64,000 nt of DNA from Parcubacteria group bacterium Gr01-1014_38. Its GTDB lineage: Bacteria > Patescibacteriota > Andersenbacteria > UBA10190 > CAIZMI01. The position numbers and the translations under genes were made by a program. Under the pieces are notes generated by a model. That model saw only the letters and a list, made by a program, of their open reading frames with translations. It was not told the origin of the DNA and ran no database searches. The stretch spans positions 8,679 through 72,678 of the forward strand of contig VMFP01000002.1 in NCBI GenBank assembly GCA_007376145.1. The letters are read 5' to 3'. Every line of letters starts with the position of its first letter. Positions within the stretch are counted from its first letter, which is position 1. This document shows positions 30,792 through 39,844 of the stretch, piece after piece.

Positions 30792-31472
30792 ATGCGACTC
30801 TCTTCACGTCCTGTTGAAACCTTTTTCCAAACCTGGACGCCGGAAATGGCGTATGTCCTCGGGTATTTTGCCGCCGATGGTTATATGTACCGCAATCCAC
30901 GCGGGTCACATTATGTCGGCTTCGTCTCCACTGATGAGGAACTTGTCCGTCTGGTCCGGTCGCTGATCGGCACCTTGAACAGCATCGAGGTTTACCGGCC
31001 AAAGAATAAAAACTGGAAGACCCGATACACGCTGCAGGTTGGAAGTCGGAAGATTTTTGAAACACTCAGTGATCTCGGATTTTCTCCCGCTAAGAGCCTC
31101 ACGGTGTCCTTTCCGCTTGTTCCCCTTTCCGTGTTATCGCACTTCGTCCGAGGATATTTTGACGGTGATGGGTGTTTGTCCTTCGGCACCTATGCGCGAA
31201 AGAACCGGAAAAGCAAAGCACAAGTCCTGTTCGCACGGTTCATCAGCGGCAGCGAGTATTTCCTCAAGGGTTTGCAGTCTGCTCTCCTGCTCGGGGAAAT
31301 CGGTCCGGGATCACTGGGACACCACGGGAAAAATTTTCGTCTTCAGTACGGGATGCACGATTCGTTCCGCCTATACAAATTGATGTATCCGACTTATGCT
31401 GTTCCCTGCCTTCTCCGAAAGCGAGAGAAATTCGAGCGAGGCCTCGTAGTAATGTCCGGGCCGGTCGTCTAG
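30792..31472 (+). CDS. LAGLIDADG homing endonuclease (two-motif, monomeric type)
   Basis: Motif 1 LGYFAADGYMY and motif 2 VRGYFDGDGCLSF at the typical ~100-aa spacing. The stop codon TAG (31470-31472) lies inside tRNA-Asp. Confidence 0.7.
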   Translation: MRLSSRPVETFFQTWTPEMAYVLGYFAADGYMYRNPRGSHYVGFVSTDEELVRLVRSLIGTLNSIEVYRPKNKNWKTRYTLQVGSRKIFETLSDLGFSPAKSLTVSFPLVPLSVLSHFVRGYFDGDGCLSFGTYARKNRKSKAQVLFARFISGSEYFLKGLQSALLLGEIGPGSLGHHGKNFRLQYGMHDSFRLYKLMYPTYAVPCLLRKREKFERGLVVMSGPVV

Positions 31473-31535
31473 CCTGGTTCAAGACGCCTCCTTGTCAAGG
31501 AGGAGACCACGGGTTCAAATCCCGTCCGGCCCGCC
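31457..31535 (+). tRNA. tRNA-Asp (GTC)
   Basis: Acceptor GGGCCGG/CCGGCCC, D-arm GTCT-(11-nt loop)-AGAC, anticodon stem-loop CCTCC-TTGTCAA-GGAGG, T-arm ACGGG-TTCAAAT-CCCGT, discriminator G plus CCA. Confidence 0.85.
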
Positions 31536-31540
31536 AGAGT

Positions 31541-33160
31541 TCAAAAGCGGTCGCGCACTTCGTAAATCGTTGCGCGGCTGGGTTCTTTCTTCCGCGCCTG
31601 CGGGTACTCGAACGTGCCGAGTGCCAAGAATTGATCCGCGAATCTCGGATCGACGAGAACGGGAAACGCCTCGCTTATGGTTCCACGGATGACGATATAC
31701 CGCACGTCCCACCGCTGGAGTTCTTGCCATTGCTCCTGACCGCTCGGAGTGTTCAGATGTGTTTCCGCAAAGACGGCTCGGCCTTCATCTTTCTCTCCAA
31801 AAAGGGCCAGCACAATACTGGAGCGGTGTTCGAAGGCAATCGTGCCGGGCAGCGCTCGCGCCGCCTGGATTGCTTGGTAGTATGCGTAGTCCGTTCCAAG
31901 ATTTTTCTGTTGAACTTCGCGGGCTTCGGCGGCCGTGTGCGCGGTCCACGGTCCGAGCGAGAGTCCGAGGAGGAGTACGCCCGCAACCATCGGCGCTGCT
32001 CGCGAGGCGCGTGGCCAGCGGAAGCTGACTTGTCGGACGGTCTGGATGGCTGCCTGGACTCCGGCAGCAAGCACCAGAAACAGCACAGGATAGAGCATCA
32101 CAAGGAACCGCTGGCGCACGCCCCACCAGGCGATCGGAACCGCAAGAAACAGAAATGGCAGAAGAATCAGGAGGAACCGCCGCAGGTGTCTGCGTGCGAG
32201 GAACACGATGCCCGCAAGAAGCAGGAGACTGGGGAATTCCTTCGGGTCGGTGAAGAAGGAGCGAAGTCGCGCCGGCCACGCGCGCGCCTCGAGCGTCGCG
32301 ATATCGCGAAGGATCCGCGGGGGCTCCCCCCACAGGCGGTCCACGCCAACGCTGGTCCAGATGGCGGCGTAGTTCTTTGAGAAATCGGCGAGCGTCGTCA
32401 CACCGAATGGCGTGGCCTCCGCGTCAGCAAAGTATTCCACGGGGAGCAGCGGCCGTCCGACGCGCGTGAAGAGCAGAGCGAACGGCAACCAGCAGACGAC
32501 CGCGGCCGCCAGCGCCGGTTTCATCAGGGAGCGTGGCTTCCAGTACACCAGCGCCAAGAGCGGAAAGAGTGCGAGGAGAAAGACTCCTTCAAAACGCGCG
32601 AGGGACGCCAGGGCAAAGAGCACTCCGGTGCCGATCGCGCCGCGGCGCGTTCGCGTTCGGAGGAACGCCAGCAGCGCGCCGAGGAACAACGCGATGAACG
32701 TCGTATCGGCGTATCCCCGCACGGATTGAAAGAGGAACGGCGCGACGGCCTGGAAGGGAGCGAGACCAACAACCAGTGCGACGTTCGAAAGTCCAAGTGT
32801 GCGTCCGAGGAAATAAAGCAGCGCGATCGCTACTAAGGACGCAATCATCGCGACCGCGATGGCCGCGCCTTCCCAGTCGAAAACCGTGTGGGCGAGCGCG
32901 ATGAGCGCGGGGTACACTGGCAGTCGCTTTTCCGCGACCGGGTACGAGCCTTTCAACAGTTCCTGCGCGATCAGAATGAAGTTGTAGGTATCGCCGCCCG
33001 GAAACGCTTTCCACCAGCGGAAAAACGCGATGCGGTGGGCAAGGGCGAGACCGAGAACCACGAAGAGACCCCCGTGCCTGCGGAGAAACCGCGCGCCCCC
33101 TGCGCCTACCAAGGCCAGGGACGCAGACGTTGCGGGGGCAAGACGCATGGAGATGAACAT
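31541..33160 (-). CDS. Polytopic membrane glycosyltransferase (GT39/GT83-like, ArnT/PMT family)
   Basis: More than 10 predicted TM helices with the N-terminal loop architecture typical of C-type lipid-linked-sugar glycosyltransferases. A weak assignment. Confidence 0.5.
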   Translation of the reverse strand: MFISMRLAPATSASLALVGAGGARFLRRHGGLFVVLGLALAHRIAFFRWWKAFPGGDTYNFILIAQELLKGSYPVAEKRLPVYPALIALAHTVFDWEGAAIAVAMIASLVAIALLYFLGRTLGLSNVALVVGLAPFQAVAPFLFQSVRGYADTTFIALFLGALLAFLRTRTRRGAIGTGVLFALASLARFEGVFLLALFPLLALVYWKPRSLMKPALAAAVVCWLPFALLFTRVGRPLLPVEYFADAEATPFGVTTLADFSKNYAAIWTSVGVDRLWGEPPRILRDIATLEARAWPARLRSFFTDPKEFPSLLLLAGIVFLARRHLRRFLLILLPFLFLAVPIAWWGVRQRFLVMLYPVLFLVLAAGVQAAIQTVRQVSFRWPRASRAAPMVAGVLLLGLSLGPWTAHTAAEAREVQQKNLGTDYAYYQAIQAARALPGTIAFEHRSSIVLALFGEKDEGRAVFAETHLNTPSGQEQWQELQRWDVRYIVIRGTISEAFPVLVDPRFADQFLALGTFEYPQARKKEPSRATIYEVRDRF

Positions 33161-33229
33161 ACCACGGTGATCGGTGCGTTCGTATCCCTCCAGGAGCGCT
33201 GCGAAGGGAACCTGTATGATGAGAGAACC

Positions 33230-34306
33230 GTGCGTCTCCGGTTCGCGATTGTTCTCGGCGTCGTGCTCTTGCTTGTCCTCGGCGCAGGGGTGAGATGGCG
33301 CCTGCAGAATCGTCTCGCCGATGTCCCGCAGCGGATCAGCGCGTTGCCGACGCCGGCGTCTCCACCGGTCTCGACTCCGGGGCCCCTCCGCGCTCCGGAA
33401 CTCGGAGTCTCAGGCGCGATGCTCGCCCGAGACGGCGTGGTGCGCGAAACGAACGCGCGGCGTTCCCGCGCTGACCTTTCGGTACTTCAAGAGCACCCGA
33501 CGCTCACGGCGGCTGCCGAGCGAAAAGTCGCGGACATGCTCGCACGGCAGTACTTCGCGCACGACAATCCGGATGGACGGGGAATTTCGACGGTCGTGTC
33601 CGGGCTCGGCTACGCGTACCTCCGCGTCGGAGAAAATCTCGCCCTCGGCAATTTTGCGAGCGACCAAGCGCTCGTGGATGCCTGGATGAACAGTCCGGGT
33701 CATCGCGAGAACATGCTTCACAAAGGCTTTACCGAGATTGGCGCGGCCGTGCGCCGCGGGACTTTTCAGGGGCGCGAGACGTGGCTGGCGGTGCAAGTCT
33801 TTGCGCTCCCGAAGTCCGCCTGTCCCGGCATGGATGATACGCTCCTGAAGAGCGTTGAGAGGCAGGAGGGCGAACTCGACAAACTTGACGCCCGCATCCG
33901 GGAACAGCGGACACGTGTTGAGGAGCTGGTGCGCGAGCGCGATGCGCTGGCGGCGGACATCGCGCGTCTTGTGAGCGAAGGAAACGCGAAGATTGCCGAA
34001 GGGAACGCTGAAATTGAGGAAGGGAATCGGATCTACCGTGAAACCGGAGACCGCAGCGCAGCCGAGCCGCACTGGACGAGAGGCGAACAGCTTCAGCGGG
34101 AAGGCGCGCAGAAGCATGAGGAAGCTCGCGCGAAAGAAACGGCGATGCGCGCGTTGGAAGACACGCTTGTCGCGCGTACCACCGAGGTCAATGAACTCAT
34201 TGCAACCTTCAACCGACTCCAGAAAGAGCAGCAAGTGCTCGTCGCGCGGGCCAACGCGAGCATTGAAGCCTTCAACGCTTGCGTTAAATCAATGGTGAGT
34301 CTCTGA
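33230..34306 (+). CDS. Membrane-anchored CAP/SCP (PR-1-like) domain protein with a C-terminal coiled coil
   Basis: GHRENMLHKGFTEIGAAV and YFAHDNPDG are CAP-domain motifs. A GTG start at 33230 gives the signal anchor MRLRFAIVLGVVLLLVLGA. The track ORF starts inside the upstream gene. Confidence 0.5.
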   Translation: MRLRFAIVLGVVLLLVLGAGVRWRLQNRLADVPQRISALPTPASPPVSTPGPLRAPELGVSGAMLARDGVVRETNARRSRADLSVLQEHPTLTAAAERKVADMLARQYFAHDNPDGRGISTVVSGLGYAYLRVGENLALGNFASDQALVDAWMNSPGHRENMLHKGFTEIGAAVRRGTFQGRETWLAVQVFALPKSACPGMDDTLLKSVERQEGELDKLDARIREQRTRVEELVRERDALAADIARLVSEGNAKIAEGNAEIEEGNRIYRETGDRSAAEPHWTRGEQLQREGAQKHEEARAKETAMRALEDTLVARTTEVNELIATFNRLQKEQQVLVARANASIEAFNACVKSMVSL

Positions 34307-34322
34307 TGGTATACTGCGCCGT

Positions 34323-35246
34323 GTGGCGAGCAGTGTTCCCAAACCTCGCGTGGCGGTAGTCTCCGGCACCGATCGGCGAGAAAATATCCGGCAAGCGCAA
34401 CTGCTTCTCGGTGATCCGTACGTCGAGCGCATCAAAACAGCGCGGCAGCTCTTCATTCACCCGAATCTCGTTTCCGACAAAAACCAACTTGCGAGTACCC
34501 ACGTCGAAGCCGTGCGTGCCGTGCTCGACATCATTTCGCTGCATCGCGGCGACGAGGTGCTCATCGGCGACGCGAGCTACCACGATACCAAAAAAGCGTT
34601 TGAGCGCTTCGGGTACGAGTCTCTCCGGCGCAGCGGGAACGCGCGGTTTCTTGATCTGAATGACGATGAAACCGTCGAGACGTTCGCCTACGACCGACAT
34701 CTCGCGCGCCAGCCGATGCCCACCAGCAAGACGGTTCTCGAGTCCGACTGCGTGGTCCTCATCGTTCCTCCCAAGATGCACAGCTACTACACCGTCTCCT
34801 TGAGCCTAAAGACGCATGTCGTCGGCAGTATGGTGGTGCCGCGCAGCCCCTTTGGCATTCACGCGCGGTGGCCCAAGGTGCACAGCGGGTATCTGGCCGC
34901 ACACCGAACGCTCGCCGACTGGTACCAGCAACACCCGGCACAGGCCGCCATCATTGACGGTCGAGAGGCGATGGAGGGAAACGGGCCGATGTCCGGGACA
35001 AAAGTCGAGCTCAACTGGGCCGTGGCTTCCCTGGATCCGGTGGCGGCGGATGCCATGGCCGCGTGGCTCATGGGGTTTACGCCCGACGAGATTGGGTACC
35101 TCGTGTACCTGAAGGCGGCGGGATGGATCATTGACCCTGCGGAGATGGAAGTCGTCGGAGAGCCGGGCTGGCAGCGGCTGCGCCAGGAACTCGCGCGCCC
35201 CGAGACGTGGCCCGAGATCGCCGAGTGGCGGGAGAACCATGAATGA
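34323..35246 (+). CDS. DUF362-like protein
   Basis: Pattern VAVVSG...IHPNLVS...VLIGDAS...IIDGREAMEGNGP resembles DUF362. A weak assignment. Confidence 0.4.
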   Translation: MASSVPKPRVAVVSGTDRRENIRQAQLLLGDPYVERIKTARQLFIHPNLVSDKNQLASTHVEAVRAVLDIISLHRGDEVLIGDASYHDTKKAFERFGYESLRRSGNARFLDLNDDETVETFAYDRHLARQPMPTSKTVLESDCVVLIVPPKMHSYYTVSLSLKTHVVGSMVVPRSPFGIHARWPKVHSGYLAAHRTLADWYQQHPAQAAIIDGREAMEGNGPMSGTKVELNWAVASLDPVAADAMAAWLMGFTPDEIGYLVYLKAAGWIIDPAEMEVVGEPGWQRLRQELARPETWPEIAEWRENHE

Positions 35247-35748
35247 GCATGAGAATCGTCTGCGAGACTTCGGCCGCTCCCTCGGAGAGTTCCTCTCTCG
35301 GCTGATTATTCCCGAGGCGGGGATTCCCCGACCGATCATTAGCCTGAAAAGCGCGATGCCCCTGCTTCTGCCCGTGAACCAAGACACCGTCGAAGAGCTG
35401 CGGCAGTTCGTGAAGGACCATCGGAAAGAGTTCCGCTCTGCGCTCTTGGTGCTCCACGTGCAGGGGTACAATGATCCCTACCACCGTCAAACCCTGACCG
35501 TGGCTCATCCGTATCAGGAGTTGGCGACCGGAGAGACCATCACGCGGATAGACGATCCGCGGCCCGTGAAGCTTGCGCGACTCGTGCTCCGAGAGGTGCC
35601 GTCCGAGTGGCGGAGCGTCAAGCCGCTGGAGCTTCTTCTCCAAGCACAGGCGCGGCACGTCCGCCATGGCGTCGCCCTCGGGGTCGGACCGACCGTTCCC
35701 CTGCGCGTGCCGCGGCAAGAGATTCCAGGTAAGGCGACGGGGATCTGA
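35239..35748 (+). CDS. Hypothetical protein (169 aa), coupled to the DUF362 gene by an ATGAATGA overlap
   Basis: ORF starts at the internal ATG 35239. Confidence 0.35.
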   Translation: MNEHENRLRDFGRSLGEFLSRLIIPEAGIPRPIISLKSAMPLLLPVNQDTVEELRQFVKDHRKEFRSALLVLHVQGYNDPYHRQTLTVAHPYQELATGETITRIDDPRPVKLARLVLREVPSEWRSVKPLELLLQAQARHVRHGVALGVGPTVPLRVPRQEIPGKATGI

Positions 35749-35761
35749 CCAAGACGAGCAG

Positions 35762-36967
35762 ATGGACAGGAGCATCGTGGTCTCTCTCCTTCGGAAGTTC
35801 AGCCTCCCGCTGGCCGTCGTGGTGCTCTTTGGCCTTGCGTGGAACGGGGTTCGGCGTATGCCACCGTCTCTGTCTCCCGTGGGGTCAGGGTCGGGCCTCT
35901 CGGCACTCGAGGCGTGTCTGTCCTCCCCCGGCTTTCGCGAGCGGGTCACGTGTTACCAGCCGATCTTGGAGGGGCAGCTTCAGGCGCAGGGACCGCGCGG
36001 CGTGCTGTCCGAGCTCGATCGACTGCAGGAGGAACGACCGGTGTTCCGAGCGCACTGCCATGACATGGCGCATGTTCTCGGGCGGTTCTGGATCGCTCGC
36101 GGGGGGACGGTGGCCGATGGCTTCCGGGAGGGTTCGAACATCTGCCACGCGGGATTCTTTCACGGCATGGTCGAGCGGGTGTTCCGAGGGGGGGAGAAGC
36201 TGACGGACGAGCCCCTGCACTTCTCGCCCGAGGAGCTGCGCGCGAAGGTCGCCACGGTCTGCGGCCCGGAAGTGCTGCAGACGACCAGCCGGAACATTCG
36301 CTTCCAGTGTTTGCACGGTCTCGGGCACGCCGTGGTCTTCTCGCTCGGGTACCGCTTGCCGATCGCGCTCGAGATTTGCGACGTCCTCCCCGGCAACTGG
36401 GACCAGAACTCCTGCGCTGGTGGAGCGTTTATGGAGAACATCACGGGCGTCGAGCGAGAACGGCGGATGCTCCGGGCAGGGGATCCCCACTATCCGTGTT
36501 CGATCGTTCCGCCGAAGTACCGCGATTCCTGCTACGGCATGCAGACCAGCTGGATGCTCGAAGACGGTCTGGCTTGGGACGCCATCATTGCCGCGTGTCG
36601 AGCGGCGGGCTCCTCCCAGCTCTCCTGTTTCCAGAGTTTCGGTCGGGACGTGAGTCCTCGGGTCCGTCAAGGCGGACCGGTCGCCTTCGTTCCCCTGTGC
36701 ACACAACTTGCACCGGATGAACGCGCGGCGTGCATTCGCGGGGCGGTCTACGCGCTGGCCGACCACACGTGGGATGGCCGCTATGCGTACCCCTTCTGTG
36801 CCGTGGTTCCGTCTGCGGATGTTCGTGCGGAGTGTTTCCAGCAGGCACACACTCACCTGCTCCGCTCATTGGAGCAACCGCCGGAAACAGCACAGCGCGG
36901 ATGTCTGGTGCTGAGCGACGGGAAGGACGTCTGTCTCACCACGCTCCAGCAACTCGTGACCTCCTGA
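35762..36967 (+). CDS. Secreted/membrane-anchored Cys/His-rich protein with repeated C-x-H-x3-H motifs
   Basis: Signal anchor LPLAVVVLFGLAW, then CHDMAHV, CHAGFFHG, CLHGLGHA and many additional Cys. Confidence 0.4.
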   Translation: MDRSIVVSLLRKFSLPLAVVVLFGLAWNGVRRMPPSLSPVGSGSGLSALEACLSSPGFRERVTCYQPILEGQLQAQGPRGVLSELDRLQEERPVFRAHCHDMAHVLGRFWIARGGTVADGFREGSNICHAGFFHGMVERVFRGGEKLTDEPLHFSPEELRAKVATVCGPEVLQTTSRNIRFQCLHGLGHAVVFSLGYRLPIALEICDVLPGNWDQNSCAGGAFMENITGVERERRMLRAGDPHYPCSIVPPKYRDSCYGMQTSWMLEDGLAWDAIIAACRAAGSSQLSCFQSFGRDVSPRVRQGGPVAFVPLCTQLAPDERAACIRGAVYALADHTWDGRYAYPFCAVVPSADVRAECFQQAHTHLLRSLEQPPETAQRGCLVLSDGKDVCLTTLQQLVTS

Positions 36968-36968
36968 C

Positions 36969-37508
36969 ATGGTGTATCCCACACCGGAACGCCTCCAGTT
37001 TCCCCTGTCCTCATACGTCGTCACCGGACGGAAGTTCTTGGACGAAGCGGTGTTCGGCGGGCAGTCGTGGGGACGTCACCTCGGTGAGGATTGCATTGCC
37101 GAGCCTGGAACGCCGGTCTGCGCGATTGGTGATGGCGACGTGGTCTACGCGGAGCTCCACGCGAGCTGGTTTCGGCGCCGCGGGAACTGGGGGCACGTGG
37201 TGATCCTCGGCCACACGCACGCGGCGGACGGTCAACCGTTTTATTCCGTGTATGGTCATCTCGGGGACTTCCGCGTGGCCGTCGGGAACCGCGTTCAAGG
37301 CGGAGACACGCTCGGCACGGTCGGAAAAGGCAGGACTCGCTCGAACGGCTGGTGGCCGGAACCGCACCTCCACTTCGCCATTTATCGCGGTCCGTGGGAA
37401 CATCACGTGCTCCCCGGCTATAGTCGCGAGAATGACGACCGCACGAAACTTGAGTACTGGGTAGACCCGTCGAGGTTCGTTCAGACCTACCTCTCACCGA
37501 TGTCATAA
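36969..37508 (+). CDS. M23 family metallopeptidase (LytM domain)
   Basis: HLGEDC, GDGDVVYA, GHVVILGH and HLHF match the M23 HxxxD...HxH signature. Confidence 0.75.
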   Translation: MVYPTPERLQFPLSSYVVTGRKFLDEAVFGGQSWGRHLGEDCIAEPGTPVCAIGDGDVVYAELHASWFRRRGNWGHVVILGHTHAADGQPFYSVYGHLGDFRVAVGNRVQGGDTLGTVGKGRTRSNGWWPEPHLHFAIYRGPWEHHVLPGYSRENDDRTKLEYWVDPSRFVQTYLSPMS

Positions 37509-37543
37509 AAAAAGACCCGTCGCGAACGACGGGTCGGGAAAAC
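37507..37543. terminator. Bidirectional intrinsic terminator between the convergent M23 and 580-aa genes: AAAAA-GACCCGTCG-cgaa-CGACGGGTC-GGGAAAA
   Basis: Perfect 9-bp stem. Read on the minus strand it is followed by TTTTTTT. Confidence 0.5.
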
Positions 37544-37572
37544 AATGAGCAGGAACCAGGGTGGTATGACGC

Positions 37573-39315
37573 TTACTCGATCGGGAGCGGAATCGCGCCG
37601 TCGCCGCGGGCGAAAACGTATGCTGGCGTCGTGTTCGCGCGTGACACACGGCGCCACCATGGGATGAGGTCCCGTAATCCCTCTTCGATCGCGAGAAAAA
37701 CCTTTCGCACTTCGTGGTTGACGTTCCATCCTGTCCGCTGCCAGGTGCAGAACTCCCACTGGCGGAGGTTTGCCACGATGTGAAAGCCAACGATATTCCC
37801 GAGTGCGAGCGAATACTGCCGAAGCATCGCCGGCACGTCGTGACCCTGAAGGAGCATATCGAGCTCACGGTTGCTTCGGTGAACCTCCGCGAAGGCTGTC
37901 GGAAGTTCAGGCGGTGCGGGTTTGTCGTACTGGTAGAAACCGAGGTCGGGCGTGAGGTAGGTACGGAAGTGCGTGCAGAAGCCTTGGCGTTGGAGGTCAC
38001 GCCAGCCGCGGAAGCTCATGAGACCCCGGAAGGGAAAGCTGACCGCTTCGAACTCCGCAGGAAGTTTGTCATACGGGTCCCGTGCGGTCGTGAACGGCTC
38101 GTGGGCCATCAGGTAAGCGAATGGTGGCGAGGGACGAGATTCCTTGGGGAAGAGGGGAAGGAGTGTGTGCTCCACGCTGTCTCGCCAGAAGGGGCCAATA
38201 TGTTCGATGCGCACCCGCCCTTTCTCTCCAGATGCCCCGGTATCGAACCATCCGCGCGTCGAGAGGTACCGCCAGTGCGCTCGGTCCCACGCGGTCGGCT
38301 CGAAGTGCCGAGCGAACTGGTGCGCGCCGATTTTCGCAGCCTCTTCGAGAACAAGCTCGACCAAGGTGAGGTTTTCCGGCGTCTCGTCAAGGAGGAGGTG
38401 CTTCAAGAGCATCGGGAATGCCTCACCGCTCACGCAGACGCCGACAGAAGTGAGCGTAGATGCAGGGAGAAGATTCCCGAGGATGTCGCAAGTTTCCCCG
38501 ATCACGCCCGTCTCGAGGTCTTTCGGCGTATTGTGGTAGAGACCGCCATACCGCTCACGGAGGAACGTCGGGAACGGACCAGTGAAGTTCCGTCCGACGA
38601 GTTCCTGGTAGAGACGGAACAGGACATCCGCAAACGAGACGACCGTTTCCGGATTCACGCTCCATCCCGCCGCCAGTTCACGCTCGATGGGATAGCGGCC
38701 CTTCGTGGACATGTCCACGTACCGGGTACTGAGCTCGATGTAGCCCGAACCCGGACGCGTCCACTCGATGCTCTTCGCGGCGAGAAGCGAGACACCCTCG
38801 AAGCAGAGCCAGAAGCTTGCCATCCGCGCGATAGAGTTGTGTCCGTACTTGTCGAGCCACGTGGTGAGAAACTTGCGGGTCTTCTTCGACTCCGCAAATT
38901 CTCGGAGGTATTGTGGATCCGCACCGCAGCACTCCAAGAAGTGATCGAACTCCTGACGGGCTTCTTCGCTGGATGCGAGAAAGCTCCCGAGGTTCGATAT
39001 ATTCTGAGCGCGGAGGAACGCGACTTCGTCTCCGCCGAATTCCCGTTCGACGGTAGAAAGACGCGTCGCCAGAAACTGGGGCAGAAAGCTCTCCACCCAG
39101 ACCCCGCGCAGGCCGCGGGGGTTCTTCATGCGGGAGAACATCGCGAGGAGTGTTGCTCCGATGTTCGGCGGCAGCGTGTGCATGAAGAACACGCGACGAT
39201 CGAGATTCGTAAAAAACGGTCGAAGAGCACGCGTTTCATCGGCGGTGAACGAAGTACCGAGCGAAGAAAAAACAAACTCTTTGGCAACATCCAGGACTGC
39301 TTGCGAGTACTGCAT
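37573..39315 (-). CDS. Hypothetical 580-aa protein with weak, tentative ThyX/Thy1-like segments
   Basis: GSGYIELSTRYV resembles the ThyX S-x-RYV segment, but the RHR motif is absent. The C-terminal ANLRQWEFCTWQRT...HEVRKV resembles the ThyX terminal helix. Very tentative. Confidence 0.3.
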   Translation of the reverse strand: MQYSQAVLDVAKEFVFSSLGTSFTADETRALRPFFTNLDRRVFFMHTLPPNIGATLLAMFSRMKNPRGLRGVWVESFLPQFLATRLSTVEREFGGDEVAFLRAQNISNLGSFLASSEEARQEFDHFLECCGADPQYLREFAESKKTRKFLTTWLDKYGHNSIARMASFWLCFEGVSLLAAKSIEWTRPGSGYIELSTRYVDMSTKGRYPIERELAAGWSVNPETVVSFADVLFRLYQELVGRNFTGPFPTFLRERYGGLYHNTPKDLETGVIGETCDILGNLLPASTLTSVGVCVSGEAFPMLLKHLLLDETPENLTLVELVLEEAAKIGAHQFARHFEPTAWDRAHWRYLSTRGWFDTGASGEKGRVRIEHIGPFWRDSVEHTLLPLFPKESRPSPPFAYLMAHEPFTTARDPYDKLPAEFEAVSFPFRGLMSFRGWRDLQRQGFCTHFRTYLTPDLGFYQYDKPAPPELPTAFAEVHRSNRELDMLLQGHDVPAMLRQYSLALGNIVGFHIVANLRQWEFCTWQRTGWNVNHEVRKVFLAIEEGLRDLIPWWRRVSRANTTPAYVFARGDGAIPLPIE

Positions 39316-39443
39316 AGGACATTCCTTTCAAGAAGGTTGTGAAGGTTCACGAAGGAGCAGTGGACTGTTGTGTATCGCGTCTCAATCGGGAAGTCAACCG
39401 GCGCGCGCTTACGCTTCGCGTGCGTCCCCGCTACCATGTACTC

Positions 39444-39827
39444 ATGACCCTCCGGTCCTCTCTCGCGGTCTTCGGGGTGGGGACAGCCTTCGCGTGGGCG
39501 GCGTTTCTCCTCATCTTCGTCACCGTTCCGCCCGAGACTGCGGACTCCCTTGGCGAGTTCTTCTTTTTCAGCGCGCTCTTCCTCGCTCTCACCGGAACGT
39601 TGACGATGCTCGGGATTGTGGGTCGGTGGCGGATGAGCAGTGTGCTCCCGGCGCTGCACATTGGTCCGGCCTTCCGGCAAGGCATGCTGCTCTCGGGTAC
39701 GGCGGCTGGGTTACTCCTCCTCCAGCGATTCCGGTTCTTGCGGTGGTGGAACGTCCTCCTCGTGGTCGCGGTCGCGGTGCTGCTCGATGTGCTCTTGACA
39801 CGCGGGCGTGACGCCGTGCCTGAATGA
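39444..39827 (+). CDS. Small polytopic membrane protein. Hypothetical.
   Basis: Three or four hydrophobic helices. Start taken at MTLRSS. Confidence 0.3.
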   Translation: MTLRSSLAVFGVGTAFAWAAFLLIFVTVPPETADSLGEFFFFSALFLALTGTLTMLGIVGRWRMSSVLPALHIGPAFRQGMLLSGTAAGLLLLQRFRFLRWWNVLLVVAVAVLLDVLLTRGRDAVPE

Positions 39828-39844
39828 GAAGTTCTTCACGCGCG

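Noticed and set aside
30540-31540. Possible group I intron housing the LAGLIDADG gene
   Set aside because: tRNA-Asp is contiguous and intact, and I could not identify P/Q/R/S core elements by eye. The possibility is kept only as something to test with covariance models.
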